This document shows, piece after piece, positions 22,548-36,326 of a DNA stretch of 48,485 bases (position 1 is the stretch's first letter; each line of letters starts with the position of its first letter). A program made the translations under genes and the position numbers. Below the pieces are notes generated by a model that saw only the letters and a list, made by a program, of their open reading frames with translations, ran no database searches and had not been told where the DNA came from. The stretch comes from Vezdaea acicularis (lineage: Eukaryota): the NCBI GenBank assembly GCA_026025075.1, contig JAPEUI010000120.1, positions 1-48,485 on the forward strand, read 5' to 3'.

Positions 22548-24752
22548 TTCTCTAATAAAAAGCTTGAAATAGATGCGATAACAATAAAAAGCTTCCAAAG
22601 GCCCCTACACTCTAGGCTTCTGCGTGGGTCATTTTGCAATAAAGTTGTAGAATCCTCCTTCTTACGCGAAAGGACTGATTCTATCGCATTCTCCAATCCT
22701 TGCTATCTTAGGATAACCTTAGCCTCACTTTTATATACCGCCAAGCCATACTATTCGTTCGGCTTCGCGGAATATGCGCAGTCACTTCACAATAGCCACT
22801 TGCAAAGTGTAGGATATTGCACCTGTGAACGCAGATGCATATGCACATAGCAAGTTTGGTATTCCTTTACAGAACAGGTCTTATCCTTGCCTCTTGCTAG
22901 GCTTTGTTAGGTCCATACAGGGTCTGCCTCGGATATGCCTTGAAGGGCTCTTACCCTGGAGTGCTGAAGTTTGTATAGGACATGATAGCTTGCTCTGGAC
23001 CTTTCCGACTTCTCATCTTCATACGGCACCCGGAAAGTATATGGACCAGGCGAATGAGAAATTGCCCGTATCTCTGTCGTTCTTTTTAATCTAATGGTTG
23101 CCAAAACTATATTCATCAAGTTCTCTTGAGTTGCAGGCAATATTCCCTCCACTCGTTAAGAACCGAGCCACATACATGTTTGCAAGCTCTTCTAAGGACG
23201 TAAAATGAATTGTGAAAGTGCGTAACTAAGGCCTTGGCTTGTATGAAAAGGAAACTAAGTTTCTCTGTACGCTTTGCGAGGGCCTAATATGATAGCTTTG
23301 TGGGAATTGACATCTGCATGGCCTTGTTTATTTTTACTTTTTTTTTTGATAGGGGAAGTTTGCGCACCCTAGCTTCTGCCTTTAACTCATTTTCTTCTAC
23401 CACATAATGATTATTCCCGGTTTTCGGGTATATTCTTCCCATGATCTTGCCTTACACGATGGCAGAAACCTACGATTCAGCTGTAGAGCAACGCAAGTAC
23501 GAGAAAGTCTCGGTCATTGTCAAGAGTTTGTTTGCTGGCAAAGAGCAATATTATGCGCATTGGCGTGTCCTTAGAGCTAGGACTGACCTACCGCTACCTA
23601 CGTACCCTGAAAGTACTTCGCGCCTATCATTCGTCTTTTAGCACAGATACTTCCTTCGGCAACCTCTCGCACAAGCAAAGTTCCTGAGATGGTCTTACTC
23701 TACATAGATTGTTCTGGAGAAGCGAATCCATGGACTGTGGGGACACAGCTTCCGGATGGCGTGCCACATTTAGAGACTTGCCTACACGGTGGCTTCTGGT
23801 GACTCGACTTAAGTTACATCTTCTGCAGCTTTCCCATATAGTCACCAAATCCACGCTGAAGTCGGCTTTATCCATGGTGAGAACTGTGGCAAGTATACTC
23901 TGAAGCAAGATCTCTCGAAAAATATCTCTCTCTGATGTAGTTGTCCTCTCAGCCTCTTTAGCGTGCCAGGCATGGATCTGGACCGCAGATGCATTTCCTC
24001 GCAGCTTCTCACATTGCCTCCCGTCTCATTATAATGGAATGCCAATTTCGCTTATAACCCCTAAGTATCCTGGAGCCCCATTGAAAGTCGTGTTCTATTG
24101 GATTCCCTTGAGGTTCGAGAGCTTTAAAGCTCTCGTGACCAATTTCGACTCGATTACCCAAGGAGCGAGCCGATATGGACTCAGAAGGAAGCTGAAAGAG
24201 CAAGAAGAATAAATTTGTGAATGAGGGACGAATGATTGCGGGCGTTCTAGCAGGATATTGTCACCACCGTTGTTGAATGACCTTCTAAATCAATTTGCTG
24301 TTGCGCTGAGCACCCCAGCATGAACGAAAAGAGTTCTCAGCTAAACTGAGCGCGGAGTTGGCAAGATCGTCGTGCGTTCGATGCCATGGACTTTGGAGCC
24401 ATCATTCGGCCATTGCGGGCAAAAACAAGCTCCTCTGTTAGCGAGCACCAGTACGGTGCTAGCGAGAAAGGTTATTATGATTAAGCAACATGAAGTTGGA
24501 GTCTCCAACTCCAACTTAGCAGTCAAAGGCGCAGAAAAGCCTCAAGAGCCGGTACCCTAGCCAACAAGTGGCCCGCGCCACGGCATAGGCTGGTCAAAAC
24601 GCCTTCTATCCATAGAAGCCACGCCGCTTATTTGGTAACATCTTGCATGCAACACTGAACTTAAAGCTGAAGTATGACGTTGCCAAATTTCGGGTCCAAC
24701 AACGTCTTGGTCCTTTCACCACTCATCTTTACGACTCTTTATTCATCACACC

Positions 24753-24956
24753 ATGAAATTTTCAACCTATTACCTATTCTCTGTCTTTGGTTTCTTGGGT
24801 CTTAATCTCCTCAGCAACTGCAGGCCCCTCCACAATCTTAACAGGACTAGTCAGGTTTATGATAATCCCTTATTTCTGGGCCATCCTCTCGCCCTTCACC
24901 ACTCCAGTGATAGCCTCAAATTAGTCGAAGTAGCCACAATCTTTAGAACGTTTTGA
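24753..24956 (+). pseudogene. Short ORF with signal-peptide-like N-terminus; probably a truncated or decayed secreted-protein gene
   Basis: ACACCATG start context after a C/T-rich leader; MKFSTYYLFSVFGFLGLNLLSNCRP; stop after 67 codons with no obvious intron rescue. Confidence 0.35.
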
Positions 24957-25092
24957 ACGACCTATTGGCAAATATCTGTGAGAGGTTTTCCTCATCACAA
25001 ATATGCCACAAAGTAAGGCCCTTGGTGTGTTGTCTTCTGAAGGCTGTGCCTCCTGCCATGCTTCTGGCATAGAGGCAAAAGTAATAAGTTAT

Positions 25093-25108
25093 GGTTAGGG
25101 TTAGGGTT
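25093..25108 (+). repeat. Interstitial telomere-like sequence GG(TTAGGG)2TT
   Basis: 16 consecutive nt in perfect TTAGGG register. Confidence 0.7.
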
Positions 25109-26205
25109 TTTTGATAGCACGGCCACCGACTCTCGATTGAGGTATTGACTTCGCTGCAGAGGGCTTGGAAAGGGGAACTGTTATAAGGAGTAGCAATGCC
25201 TTGAACAAGGGTGTGCGTTCTTTCCCTATTTGAGGATGCATGTATAAGCTATGTTTTCCAAAGTTTCTTCCGTTCGAACTTGCCACGGAATGAACAAGAA
25301 AAGTGGGCCTGGTTATGAAGATGGTATGGATTGAGTGAGATTAGCATACGTGTCTTTACAGGATATGTTACATAGCACTAATTCTTTGAAATTAGACAAG
25401 CATTCGGCATTGTATAGCAAGCTCTGAGAGCCTAGCTTTGGCGTGGCTCGGGTCCTATATTTCCTTCATCACCTTCCAACCACAGCAGTTGTGCTCCTAT
25501 TTCCAAAGATTCGGTTCCGCTGGGCCTTTTGATTATACATTCCAGTGCCTTGATGTGACTTGTGCTAGATAGATAGCTCCAACATCTATCCAAATTCTTG
25601 CCTTCATACACGCTAGAGCGGCTTGTGCTAGATCACATCGAACCAGCACTCAAGGAAATGGCTGCTCCAATGGAGAATTCTCAACCACTGCTTCTATGCT
25701 TGTAGCGAGCTAGCAGCGGGCGGATATAGGATATGCTAGGCTTTAGCAGAGCATATGAGAGTGTCCGAATCCGGAAAATCATGGCTTTTTTGAGGTCAAG
25801 TCATGTTTTGTCCCCGCTAAACACTTAACGTCATAGAGTGAACAGCTGAGCCCATTCGACGGAGACAAACCCTTGGCTGATGAGACAGCGTGGTCGGCTC
25901 GACGACCTTGTTACATTGGAAGGACCGTGCTTTACGACCAACACTTTGTCTTAGGCTTCCTAGACATTTTACAATGCAGCCACCATCAGTCTCTTCTAGC
26001 GACGATAGATTCGACAAATTGCGAATGGCGCTTCTGTCCGTACTCGATGGGATGTCGCGGCTCCCAAGCCCTGCAAAAATCTCTCATGTTGTCGCTACAC
26101 ATTATCAGTCTTGTTCTCTTGTATGAAAATCTGGGACCACCCGTTCCAGAGTGTTTCTCACGCTCAGCATGTTATTCTCTTACAATCCAAACTCTTGACA
26201 GCAGT

Positions 26206-26466
26206 ATGGAGCTCTATAACCAACTATTTCTTTTAATTCTCGCCTTCGTAATCCTCGTAAGTTCCAGCGCCAATTCGACTAATATCGAGGCCTCACGCAA
26301 CGACACTTCCACGCCAACTTTATTCCCTGCCCCAAAGGTAAAGCCACTTGGAGTCGAAAAGCTGCCATCAGCTGCATCCTATCGAAATCTGAATCATAGC
26401 TCAGCTGGCTTCATAACCTATCATACTCCTAATCACCAAGATACATCGTCGATTCAGAATGAATGA
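26206..26466 (+). pseudogene. Short ORF with signal peptide and N-glycosylation sequons; small secreted protein or truncated gene
   Basis: MELYNQLFLLILAFVILVSSSA followed by NST, NDT and NHS sequons; stops at 86 aa. Confidence 0.4.
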
Positions 26467-27636
26467 ATTCTAGAGAACGAAGATTGCTCCCTCCCGCAAG
26501 CATTAAATATCTAAGTTGATATATGCTCAACACCAGCGGCGGTAACTTTGCTGGTTCAGGGATGTCCTTAAGGCTTGACTGTCTGGGTTCCACGATAGCT
26601 CTAGCTCGGTTGCTCGACCCTTGTCAAGACGTGTGGAGGTTTCCTTTGGGGGCTTACTTTGTCTCGATATGCACTCACTACTCCTTTCGCATTCCCATGA
26701 GTCGCGCAGTACGACTCAGGTGTTACTTCATTGACCCCACGTCACAATCAAAATACCTCATGCCTTATTGGTGGAGGTTGAGAGGGAATACTTGATGATA
26801 AATTGCATCATGTTGCCCCCTTGACTCCTTGTGCTGTTGCCGGTAACTTGGTGCGCAGCCCCACATTGGCTCATTACTTTTCTCCTCAAGGCTTAGCAGC
26901 TGTCACTGGTAGTACACCTATAGGACAAGAGCTTCATTGTTATAATGGTAGCGAGTCGATCCAAGTTAAGGTTATGCATCAAAGAATCTCTTGTTGAAAA
27001 AACTCAAAGTAAAAGGAATACTTTGCTTGCCCCCTTCCGAAAAGAATTTTTGTATCTTCATCGGCATTAGACTTTCGTGTGCTTTCATTTAGAGTAGGAT
27101 GGATCTCCAGAAGAAGGTCTTCATCAAAGGAATACGCAGAAAACCAACCACTGGGCAAGAATTTAGGATCTTTCGATGACTTGAGCTCTTCTCAAAGATG
27201 CGGATAACTATCTTACCTGCCACGAAGCTATAGTAGATCCGTGCTTCGCACGCCCGGATCATCAATATATCCTCTTAGTTCGATTCTTCGACGCATACAA
27301 GCTTATGAGACCAAATCTGTACACTACCTTCACTGTACGGTTGGCTTCTAGTTCCCTCCTGTTGATAAGAAATGCTGGATATTATTTTTGGTATTATTTG
27401 CATGCTATCACCCCTTTGTAAACCACATATCGCGCACGGTAGGCCGCCAGGAAATGACAAAAGTTCGCTGTGCTGAGAAAAAGGAAGAGATCGAGGCCAG
27501 AAGCACAAGAAGGAGTAAAGAAAGGGACATGAATGGTCTTACACCATCCGGGACAGGCTCACTAAGAAAATAAGCTGCCGTGGTGATTACAGCCGTTATA
27601 TGCTGCAAATATTGGACAAATACTTTTCTGCGGCGC

Positions 27637-30600
27637 CTACGAAGGCGTCCCCGCCCTCTCCGATCGCGGGTCCTTCTTACTCAAGAAACTCCTTCGTCCC
27701 TTAGGCGAATCCATCATACTTGCTGCGTCTGCCGGCGTGAACTTCGTCCTGATAATCACAGAGCCCTCTCCAGCTTTAACAACCTTTTCGCCTCCACTCG
27801 CCGAGTCATCTATGAAGAAAGCGGTCGGCTCGCTCAGGTCATGATCGCGGCCGATTGTAGCATGGTCGACAACGTGGACCTGGAATTGCGTGTCCGCTGC
27901 GCAGTTAAGGTTGAATGTTTCGTGTTCCCATTGAATAGTTCCAGTAGGCGACTTAACTGCTTTGGACTTGTGAACGTCTTTGGAGCCCTTGGCGCCAATC
28001 TGCTTCACGACAACGCGCACGTTGGCAGCTGGAGGGTAGCCGCTGGCGGAGAGGATGGTGAAGCCAGCGGAGCCGGTCTCAGCCCCACCAACACCCTTGC
28101 CAGCAACACTAATAAAAGATTGCCCTCCGAAGCTCGAGCTGCGATTATGGGGTGGTGTGCGGCCATCCGGTGTTCCTGGAGGTGGCCCAGCCTCCAAGTT
28201 AGAGGTGCGTTTTAGTGGGGTGGATTCAGCAGATGACGGAAGTTCCGGAGGCTCGAGGGAACCGTTGCTTTCGTTCTTCTTCTTGCTCTTGAAGCCACGA
28301 CCGATGAATGATGCTCCCTTGAGCATACCACCGCCGACCATGCCAACGCCCTTGATGGGCGCGCCAGCCACACCACTGATGACTTTACCTGGAGTAGCAA
28401 AGGTGCCGCTAAAGGTCGAGGAGCCTTGGCGGGAACGAGTTACGTACTCAGGCTTAAAGAGGCAGCGAAGACGGACACTGCCGGATTTGCCGTCAAGCTG
28501 AAGGTTGTACTCTTTGGGCTGGAAGGGGTCGAGGAGCTCTAAGTTGACATCGGCTTCGCCCAAAAAGTCGTCCTTGTCGCCAATGTCCCAATCGTAGACC
28601 TTGACTTTGAGATTTGCCGCCGTCCGGGAAGGCACAGGAACCTCGAAGAACTCATTCCATGCCGGGTGCAGGGTCTTTTTTTGGATTCCCGTCTTGAAGA
28701 CGTCTTTTCCGTTCAGATTGAATTTGCAGTACGGGTCGCTAAAGCCGTTACGGTCCGCAGCTGGTAGATCCGTTGCGTCTAGGATATCAACCCTGAGGTT
28801 GCCCATATTATTGATGCTTTCGCTAGGATCAAGTGACATCTGGACTGGAATATATTTCATGCTGACCCGGACCTTATTGATACCACCGTCTGGTGACTTC
28901 ATGATGAGAACAGTTGGGTTATTCTGGATTAAAGAGGTTAATAAATTTTAGGCCATCTAAATGATATGACTTACAAGACATTGCTTGAGAGTATCCAACG
29001 TGCTCCCTACCAGCTTAGCGAGTGTATTGTCTTCTTTGGCAGCCCCCTTGCTGTCCTGCTTCTCCTTGAGACGTAAGGTGATCTTCGAGAAGTCTAATTC
29101 GCGCACGAAAGTATCGCCCACTGTATTCAACGTCAGAATGGCTCTAAACAATTTCAAAAGTGGACCATCCACTTACTGTCGTCTAATTTAGCGCTCTTCG
29201 ACCTGATCCTAGATGACACGTAAGATGGGAACCGCATATCATCAATCTGTGATTCCAGAAGACAATTTGCATGTTGAAGCTCCACATCAAGAACTTTGAA
29301 GATAATGAAACCAGATTCTATCATCCAGAGTTAGCTTATGTTGCATATCAACGAGTCCAGCTGATAAGAGCCTACCATATTTGACAAGATCTTCTGGCGT
29401 GATGCGAATTTTAGGAAGTACCTTTTCCTCCGTCGTCTCTTCCTGCTCTTGCTCCCCTTCATCAAGTGCTTTCGCAAGGCCCTTGTCCACTTTCTCGAGA
29501 GACTTTCTCTCATTCTCTTTAGCAATAGCGTCCTTCTCCATGCTCTTCCTCACTGTACCATCCTCTCGAGCTGCTAGCTCTTTTTCCAGTTTCTCTTTCT
29601 CAGCTCTCTCTTCTTCCTCTTCCTCGGGGTCGGCAACATTGAGACATGGGTAGAAAGAGCAAGTATAGTTTAAAGTCCCTTTGGGTGAGCCTGTGCCACG
29701 TGCGCGAAGCGGACTTGCGAGTGGTTTCTTCTCATCGTGAACAAGATACTCGCCATTATCCCCTTGGAATATATAGTCCGATGCAGCTAATTCGACAGAG
29801 CCTAAACTCCTGTCCTTGCCAAGGTTTTCTTCATCCATAACTTCTAGAGTAAGCTTCTCTCTATTGGTGTGCATAGGAACGTAAAGAACCTCGTCCCAAT
29901 CCGGGTTGAGATTGTTTTGGAAAGTGACGGTTCTGCCTTTCTCTACGCCAGAGAGCAGGACTCGTACGTAAGGATCCGATTTTCCAACCGTTTCTACATT
30001 CTTTATGCCACGGGCGTTCGCAAAGTGAAGGCGCATCACCCCAATGGGTGTGACATAGCCTCCAGATCCGCCGATAGCGCCTTTGAGTGCGACAGGCTTC
30101 CATTGCAACGTCAACTTAGCACGACCAGTCTTAGCTCCTGCGAGATGGTACCATTCTTGGCCCTTCTCCATCATTTGAAGCATGTCATTTAGCCTGATCT
30201 GGTACTGCCCAATTATCTGATCTCCACCAATATCCCTGTCATCCTTTATGACAAGTCCTAATCGGGCTTTTGTACGATCTGTAATAAGGATCTCCTTGTA
30301 CCCATTGTCCCAGATCGGGTTGTTCGTCCTCTTTAGTTTTTTTGTTATATGTACTTCTTTGCCGTTGAGTAGGAGAACACCGTAAGGACTAAGCTTGCCA
30401 ACCAAGCTCTTAGTCCCGTCAAGATCCTTAGCTTGCTCAACACAGAACCTGGCTATACCGGTGTTTGACTCTGGGGCTGGTTCTATTGTACCATCTTCTA
30501 GTTTTCGCCCCTCAAGAACAGGGAAGAAACGAACGTCGCATACGATAGCTCCCCTGCCCCTCCCATTGGCCATCACTTCTACTTGTTCATTCTCGTACTC

Positions 30601-32479
30601 TGCCTGCGTCTCTAGCTTTTCCAAGGCGAAGGTTGCCGTTCCGAGATCTTTGTCTTTGCGATACTCATTGAAATCATACACCTGTAAAGTTAAAGCATCT
30701 TTTAGGGAAGTGACGATAATGTATTTCGTTTCGTTCCACCTTGGATTTGCATTCTCCTTAATAATGTTTGTCCGAGCAAGCTCATCTCGGTTGTTCAGTG
30801 AAACGATGGCGTAAGGGTCAGGGGTTCCACCAAATTTATCAGAGTTCTTTAAGCCATTAGCTCCATGAAGAGTGACGGCAATGATACCAATAGCTTGGTC
30901 CACAGGATTGCCAGCTAACATCTTGGCAACCTCAATTGGGAACACGTTCGGGTCGTACATGATCGGCTGAAGGCTGCCGTGGATCATCTCCAAGATGAAC
31001 CCTTTCAACATTGGAACGAAATTGATGTCGAACCCAAAATTTTCGCCACCGAGTGGTTTACAAACATAATCGATGGTCGGACGCTCTAGGAAGCAGATCT
31101 CGACACGGTCAATGTGGGGGAAAGGGAGCTGAAGCTTAAACTTGACTCGCATGAGACCAGAAAATGCGAAGTCTTCGACGATGATATCCAAGCCTTTGCT
31201 GATCATGGCCTTGCCGACACGAACCTCCAAGATGATCTTACTATCAAAAGGTCAATATCAGCTCATCAAGGTTTGAGCAGAACGTACGGATTGACTCTGT
31301 CTTTGATCTGACGAGCAGTCAAATCTGATGTGTCGTTCGGGGTGAAGCTGAATTTCCAGTCCATGAGGACGATGTCGTCCTCTGCTTTCGGATAAGTCTT
31401 AACATGTTCGAGGCGTGGCGGCTTAGTGCCTAGAATGAAAGATTTCATAGACAAGCTTTCTAGACCTGGTGGAGTTGGCGTGCTACTCAGTACCTGATCT
31501 ACGGAGTTTATGACCGTTTCGGCAAGAACTGGGGCGTATATTGGCCAAAATTTTGCCATGAAGCTGTTGATCCACTCGAGACTTTCAGTATCTGTCTCCA
31601 GCCGAGCCTTCGCCATCTCTCGGTTGACGTCGTCTCGGAAATTCCTTCGAACCCGGCGAATGGATGTTCGATAATAGGTTCCACAGAATGCAAGAATAAT
31701 GAAAACCCACCCAAGACCACCCCCAAAGACAGCAGCAAGCCAAGAGCTAAGACAGGCGAATATGATGATCCCCGTATTATGATACCAATCTGACAAGAGA
31801 TGGGTTAGCTAGCAGGAAAGATACTAACGAGCATCACGCAAGGTTACCTCCGAAGAGTTTATCCTCCAATTTCCCCTCTAGCCATGTCTCGTGGTCGAGC
31901 ATATCACCCGCCTCGGCGTCGTTCCCACCGCTGCCGAACCGGGGAGCCCAGCCAACCCGCTCTACCCACCGTGCATTCTCGTCCTCTGGCAAGTGGCCAT
32001 TCGCATGTGCGGCTTTTGGGTCATCAGCTATACTTGGAGATACCGGTATAGCAGCTCCTGCGTCAGGAGGGGGAAGGTCGTATTGATCGGGGGTTCCATC
32101 GTCCTTGGAATAGATTAGCCTTTTTCAAAAGTATTCATCGTAGGACGAGTAGGTAGTCTCTAACTATGTCTGTTGCGACGGCAATACCCTGAGGTTTCTT
32201 TTCATGATGAACGAGGGGGTCTTGACGCTGGATGTCATTCCATTAGCAGCTATGCAAGCTTCGTCTCGGAAAGCTGAGCGCACTTACTGCTCGAGCTTGA
32301 GCAGCTTTCTCTTCAGGCGACGCGTTCGGATCAAACATAAAAGCCTGGCCGCCAGCTTTTTGAGCCTCGGCGACGAATTTCTTCTCCGCATCTTCTGCGG
32401 TCACATTGGAGTCCGGGTCGCGGGATGCCTCAGCGACACCCTGCGCTTTCAGCTCGCCAACGTCCGATGGCCCCAGCAT
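27637..32479 (-). CDS. Tricalbin (extended synaptotagmin; TM hairpin, SMP domain, multiple C2 domains); multi-exon
   Basis: DWYHNTGIIIFAC..YYRTSIRRVRRNFRDD, ESLEWINSFM.KFWPIY, SMP domain, and C2 motifs GTPDPYA, GKLSPYG, GKSDPYVRV, NGFSDPYCKF; N-terminal AFMFDPNASPEEKAAQ. The start position is tentative. Confidence 0.93.
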
Positions 32480-33561
32480 CCTGTCAAAGTGAAGCTTATG
32501 ATGTTCTGAGACCAATTGAAACGCGATCGAGAGGTGATTCAAGATACAAAGGTTTAAAGAACGACGCTGATAGTGAGGTGAGGCGGGAAAAGGGAAGGTG
32601 GAGAAAAGTACGAAGGTCGGAGAGCTATGTGGACATGCGTGGTGCAGCAGGGGTGGTTGCGCCGACAAGCAAATTGGAGTCCAAGCTGTTCGGCAAGCTG
32701 CAGGTTTATCCGATGCGCAAGCTGGGTTGGGCGAATCAACGAGCGGGACTGACGCGCCACGATTGGCACCATATCAATCCAGTGGCTTTCCTGTACTAGT
32801 GGATGGCGAGATCTACAATTGGCTCCGGAGGCGAATTGGATCAGCTCTTCATTTTCAGCTGAGGAAGCCCACTCGGAAGGGGCGAAACCTGATCAATCTG
32901 CGCAAATATGGGTGCTGACTACCCAGGGTGTTATGTAGACCCCGATTATACGGCAGTAAACTTATTGGGAGTCACTATCAAACGCACGGGCAGGTCTCAG
33001 AACATCACGTGCGCACCCTTTTGGTTTGCTCCTTTCTAGCTATCTAGAGGCTTGACAGTCATATGTTGCACCACCGTAGAGACGACCTCCTTGAGTAGCT
33101 GCTTGCTGCTCTTTTAGCTGATAAAGTGCCATGGGAGCCCCTTGAGTTGCCTCGGCACACATAGCCACTAAGGCTTGCCGTTTTCTGAAATACCATCACA
33201 AGGTATGACAGCCAAATGCCTCAATTTCGAGTTTTCGCAGGTCCACAGCGTGCCGACATGAAGCTCAATTGATATCTTGGTGGGCGATGCGTCAGATCTC
33301 CATAGATGCGGTAAGGCTGCGAAGATCGGCATGCGCTAGAAGCTTTAATGGAAGCGCGCTTGAAAAGGGGGCCATGTCGGAGGAGAATCATGCCGTCTTT
33401 CCGTGCGAAGGACATAAGGACTGCTTAACCCAGCTTTCCCTTGCGCGAACTAATAAATGCAACTTCTCACGTGGATAGACCCGTGTTAAACGTGGATTTG
33501 TCTTTGGAAAATACGATCGCTATCAGGTCGGTTGGTTTTCTAATTCCCATCTCACCGTCGG

Positions 33562-33569
33562 TGACGTCA
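33562..33569. promoter_or_regulatory. CRE/ATF-type palindrome TGACGTCA just upstream of the Zn2Cys6 gene
   Basis: Perfect 8-bp palindrome ~35 bp before the ATG; may lie in the 5' UTR. Confidence 0.25.
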
Positions 33570-33603
33570 ATTATATCAACATTTACTTGACCATCAAACA
33601 AAC

Positions 33604-36326
33604 ATGGACTCTACCTCCAGCGAGTCACCCATATCTCAGCCACCTTTGTCTGCCAAAAGTCACGGTCTACCTTCACCAACCACTACGAGCACAACACCTC
33701 CGAAGCATCCGGCTCCGCAAGAACATGTTAACCTACGATCTTGCATTACTTGTCGCCGGCGAAAAGTCCGGTGTGACAAAAAGCACCCTTGCTCGAACTG
33801 CACTCGGGCTCGCATTCCATGCTCGTTTCCAAAACCGGGTCGGACCCCCAGAAAAAAGAGAAGTGACGAGGTGAACAGTAGAGAGATTGAGCTCTTAAGT
33901 AGGCTAAGGAGGTTAGAAGGCGTAGTGGAGAGCCTTAGTGGACAGGTTGATAGTGACAAGCATAATGAGTCCAATGGAAATGGCGAGATTTTGCGAAAAG
34001 CATCGGGAAGTGGAATGGAGCAAGAATTCGGGAGACTGATGATTGGAAAAGGGAAAACTCGTTATGGTAAAGACATGGCCTGATCTTCTCTCAAAGGGTA
34101 TACGCCGCTAATCATTATCCTTTGGCAGTGAACTCAAGTTTCTGGTCCTCTTTGAACGATGAAGTGAGTAGCTTACCATCTAAGTGATTCGTAAACCCGC
34201 GAGGCTACTGTGGATGCTTTGGGAGTACACATCCTTGGGTGAAATATAGATCTTGGTGTTAACACCAATTAGGTCGATGAACTCCCCACAGGTGCCGACA
34301 ACCCCTCAGACTCCGAGGGTGAGACCGAGGAGGAAGACTCAATAGGCACCACTCCAAACTCGAATCAAAGTTGGCTATTTTCCTTCAGCTCTTTAGCAAT
34401 CGATATGCAAGGCTTTCACCCAAAGCCAGAAAAAATCAGGTTCCTTTGGGAGACATTCATTGAGAACGTTCATCCAGTCACAAACCTATTCCATGTACCA
34501 ACAATGTCTAAGAAGATAGAAAATGCCATCGAAGATCCCGCAAATACGGATAGCGGTATGGAAGCGTTCCTGTTCTCCCTTTATCATGCGGCAATCACCA
34601 GTATGACGGCGGACGAATGTTTGAAGGTTATGGGCGACGAAAAGTCGAACTTGCTGACCTACTATAAATTTGCTATTGAACAAGCACTCGCCCGGGCTGG
34701 TCTGCTGGTGACACAAGAATTAATCACACTGCAAGCCTTTACACTCTATCTAGTATTTCTTTCCTCTTGGAATATGTCTTCAGACACTCCGCTAATCTTT
34801 GACTAGATCTGCGTCCGCCGTCACGACGCCACACGATACGTATGGTCTCTGACAGGCCTAGCTATCCGCATAGCTTACGCGCTGGGTCTCCACCGTGATG
34901 GCACTCTATTTGCTTTATCACCCTACGAGACAGAGATGCGGCGCAGGGTGTTTTGGCAAATCGTGATTCTGGACGTTCGAGCTTCTGAAGACCACGGCGC
35001 AGACCCGGCTATAATGGAACCAACATTCGACACAAAGATGCCCCTTAATATAAACGATAGCGATATTAGTCCAGAAGACACAGCATTCCCAAAGGAGCGT
35101 CTCGGTTATTCAGAAATGATCTTCTCGCTCATCCGCTTCGAAGTCACGCAGACCCTTCGGAGATTAAATTACACACCCCCAGGGACGTGTAGCAATATTA
35201 AACTTCCTATTTCTAATGCGTCTATCGCTGATAAGGAGGGCTGGATTGAGGAATGCCATGAACGCATCGAGTCAAAATACCTTCGTCATGGTGACATGAG
35301 GGAACCATTGTTCTGGGTCACTGCGACGGTAGCTCGCCTTGTCATGGCCAAAATGTGGCTTATATTGCATCATCCCTTTCACAACAGAGCGGACAAGGGC
35401 ATTCTCTCACAAGAGACCAAAGACAAACTTTTCGATACGAGCATCGAAATCATAGAATATGCCAGCATGCTAGAGACTGAGAGAACAAGCCGTATATGGG
35501 GCTGGGTCTTCAAAACTTATGGTAAGTGTGCCTCGAATATGCCGAGAAAAGCGCCAGAAAAGCACGGCATACGTGAAAAATCCAACAAGGCTGGATTAGT
35601 CTTTTACCCAACGCTTCCAACATAAACATACAGGAGCTTAGCGCTTACTTTTACTTAGTCCAATGGCATGCTGTCGCCTTTCTTCTTACAGAGTTATGTC
35701 ACCGGACCGAAGGGCCCAACGTAGAAAGGGCTTGGAAAGCAGCGGAGGCAAGTTGGAGTGCATGGCAAGAGAAGCTGAGCGTATGACCCGAGCTCCCTTA
35801 CCTACTCGATTCGTTCTCTGCTAACGAAGAACTCCAGCCGAAGAAAAGAACCATTCTCTGGCGGCCAATGAGACGACTCATGAGCCGCGCGAAACACATC
35901 CGAGAAGCGGAGCTTGCCCGCCGAGGCGTATCAGAGCACTCCCGACGAACTCCCCCGGTGGAACCGGCACCGATAGACACCTCGGCAGCACCGCTTATAC
36001 CTGAGTTTATACCATCGGCGACCTCATCTCTGCCATCACAGCGAGAACTCCCTACTCCGTTCTCCCAGGCCTCTCTGATAGACCCAACCGCTACCCCGTC
36101 CACATTGCCTTCCTTAATACCAAACGACGCCTACAAGCCCTACGGGGATCAGCCGAGCGACTTTGACGCCTCTCCTGAAGCAATTGAAGCGATGGAAGCG
36201 ATGGAGGGAGATTGGACGAACTGGGGCGACTTCGACACGATGGTGCGCGATTTTCAGGTGCAAATGGACGAAGAAGGAGCGAACGAGCGAGGGCCTGTTT
36301 TGGGAAGTATCGGACAGTGGTATTAA
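33604..36326 (+). CDS. Zn(II)2Cys6 transcription factor with fungal-specific TF middle domain; ~6 exons
   Basis: CITCRRRKVRCDKKHPCSNCTRARIPC cluster; RYVNSSFW; FIENVHPV; GLAIRIAYALGLHRDG..SPYETEMRRRVFWQI; FDTKMPLNINDSD. Confidence 0.93.

Noticed and set aside
25559..25633. 12-bp direct repeat CTTGTGCTAGAT, 63 bp apart
   Set aside because: Too short, with no element-like interior.
27580..28951. Long + strand ORFs opposite tricalbin (and similar antisense ORFs over RPT1, CCT4, ARS2, LicD and photolyase)
   Set aside because: Antisense shadows of codon-biased genes, with no recognisable motifs.
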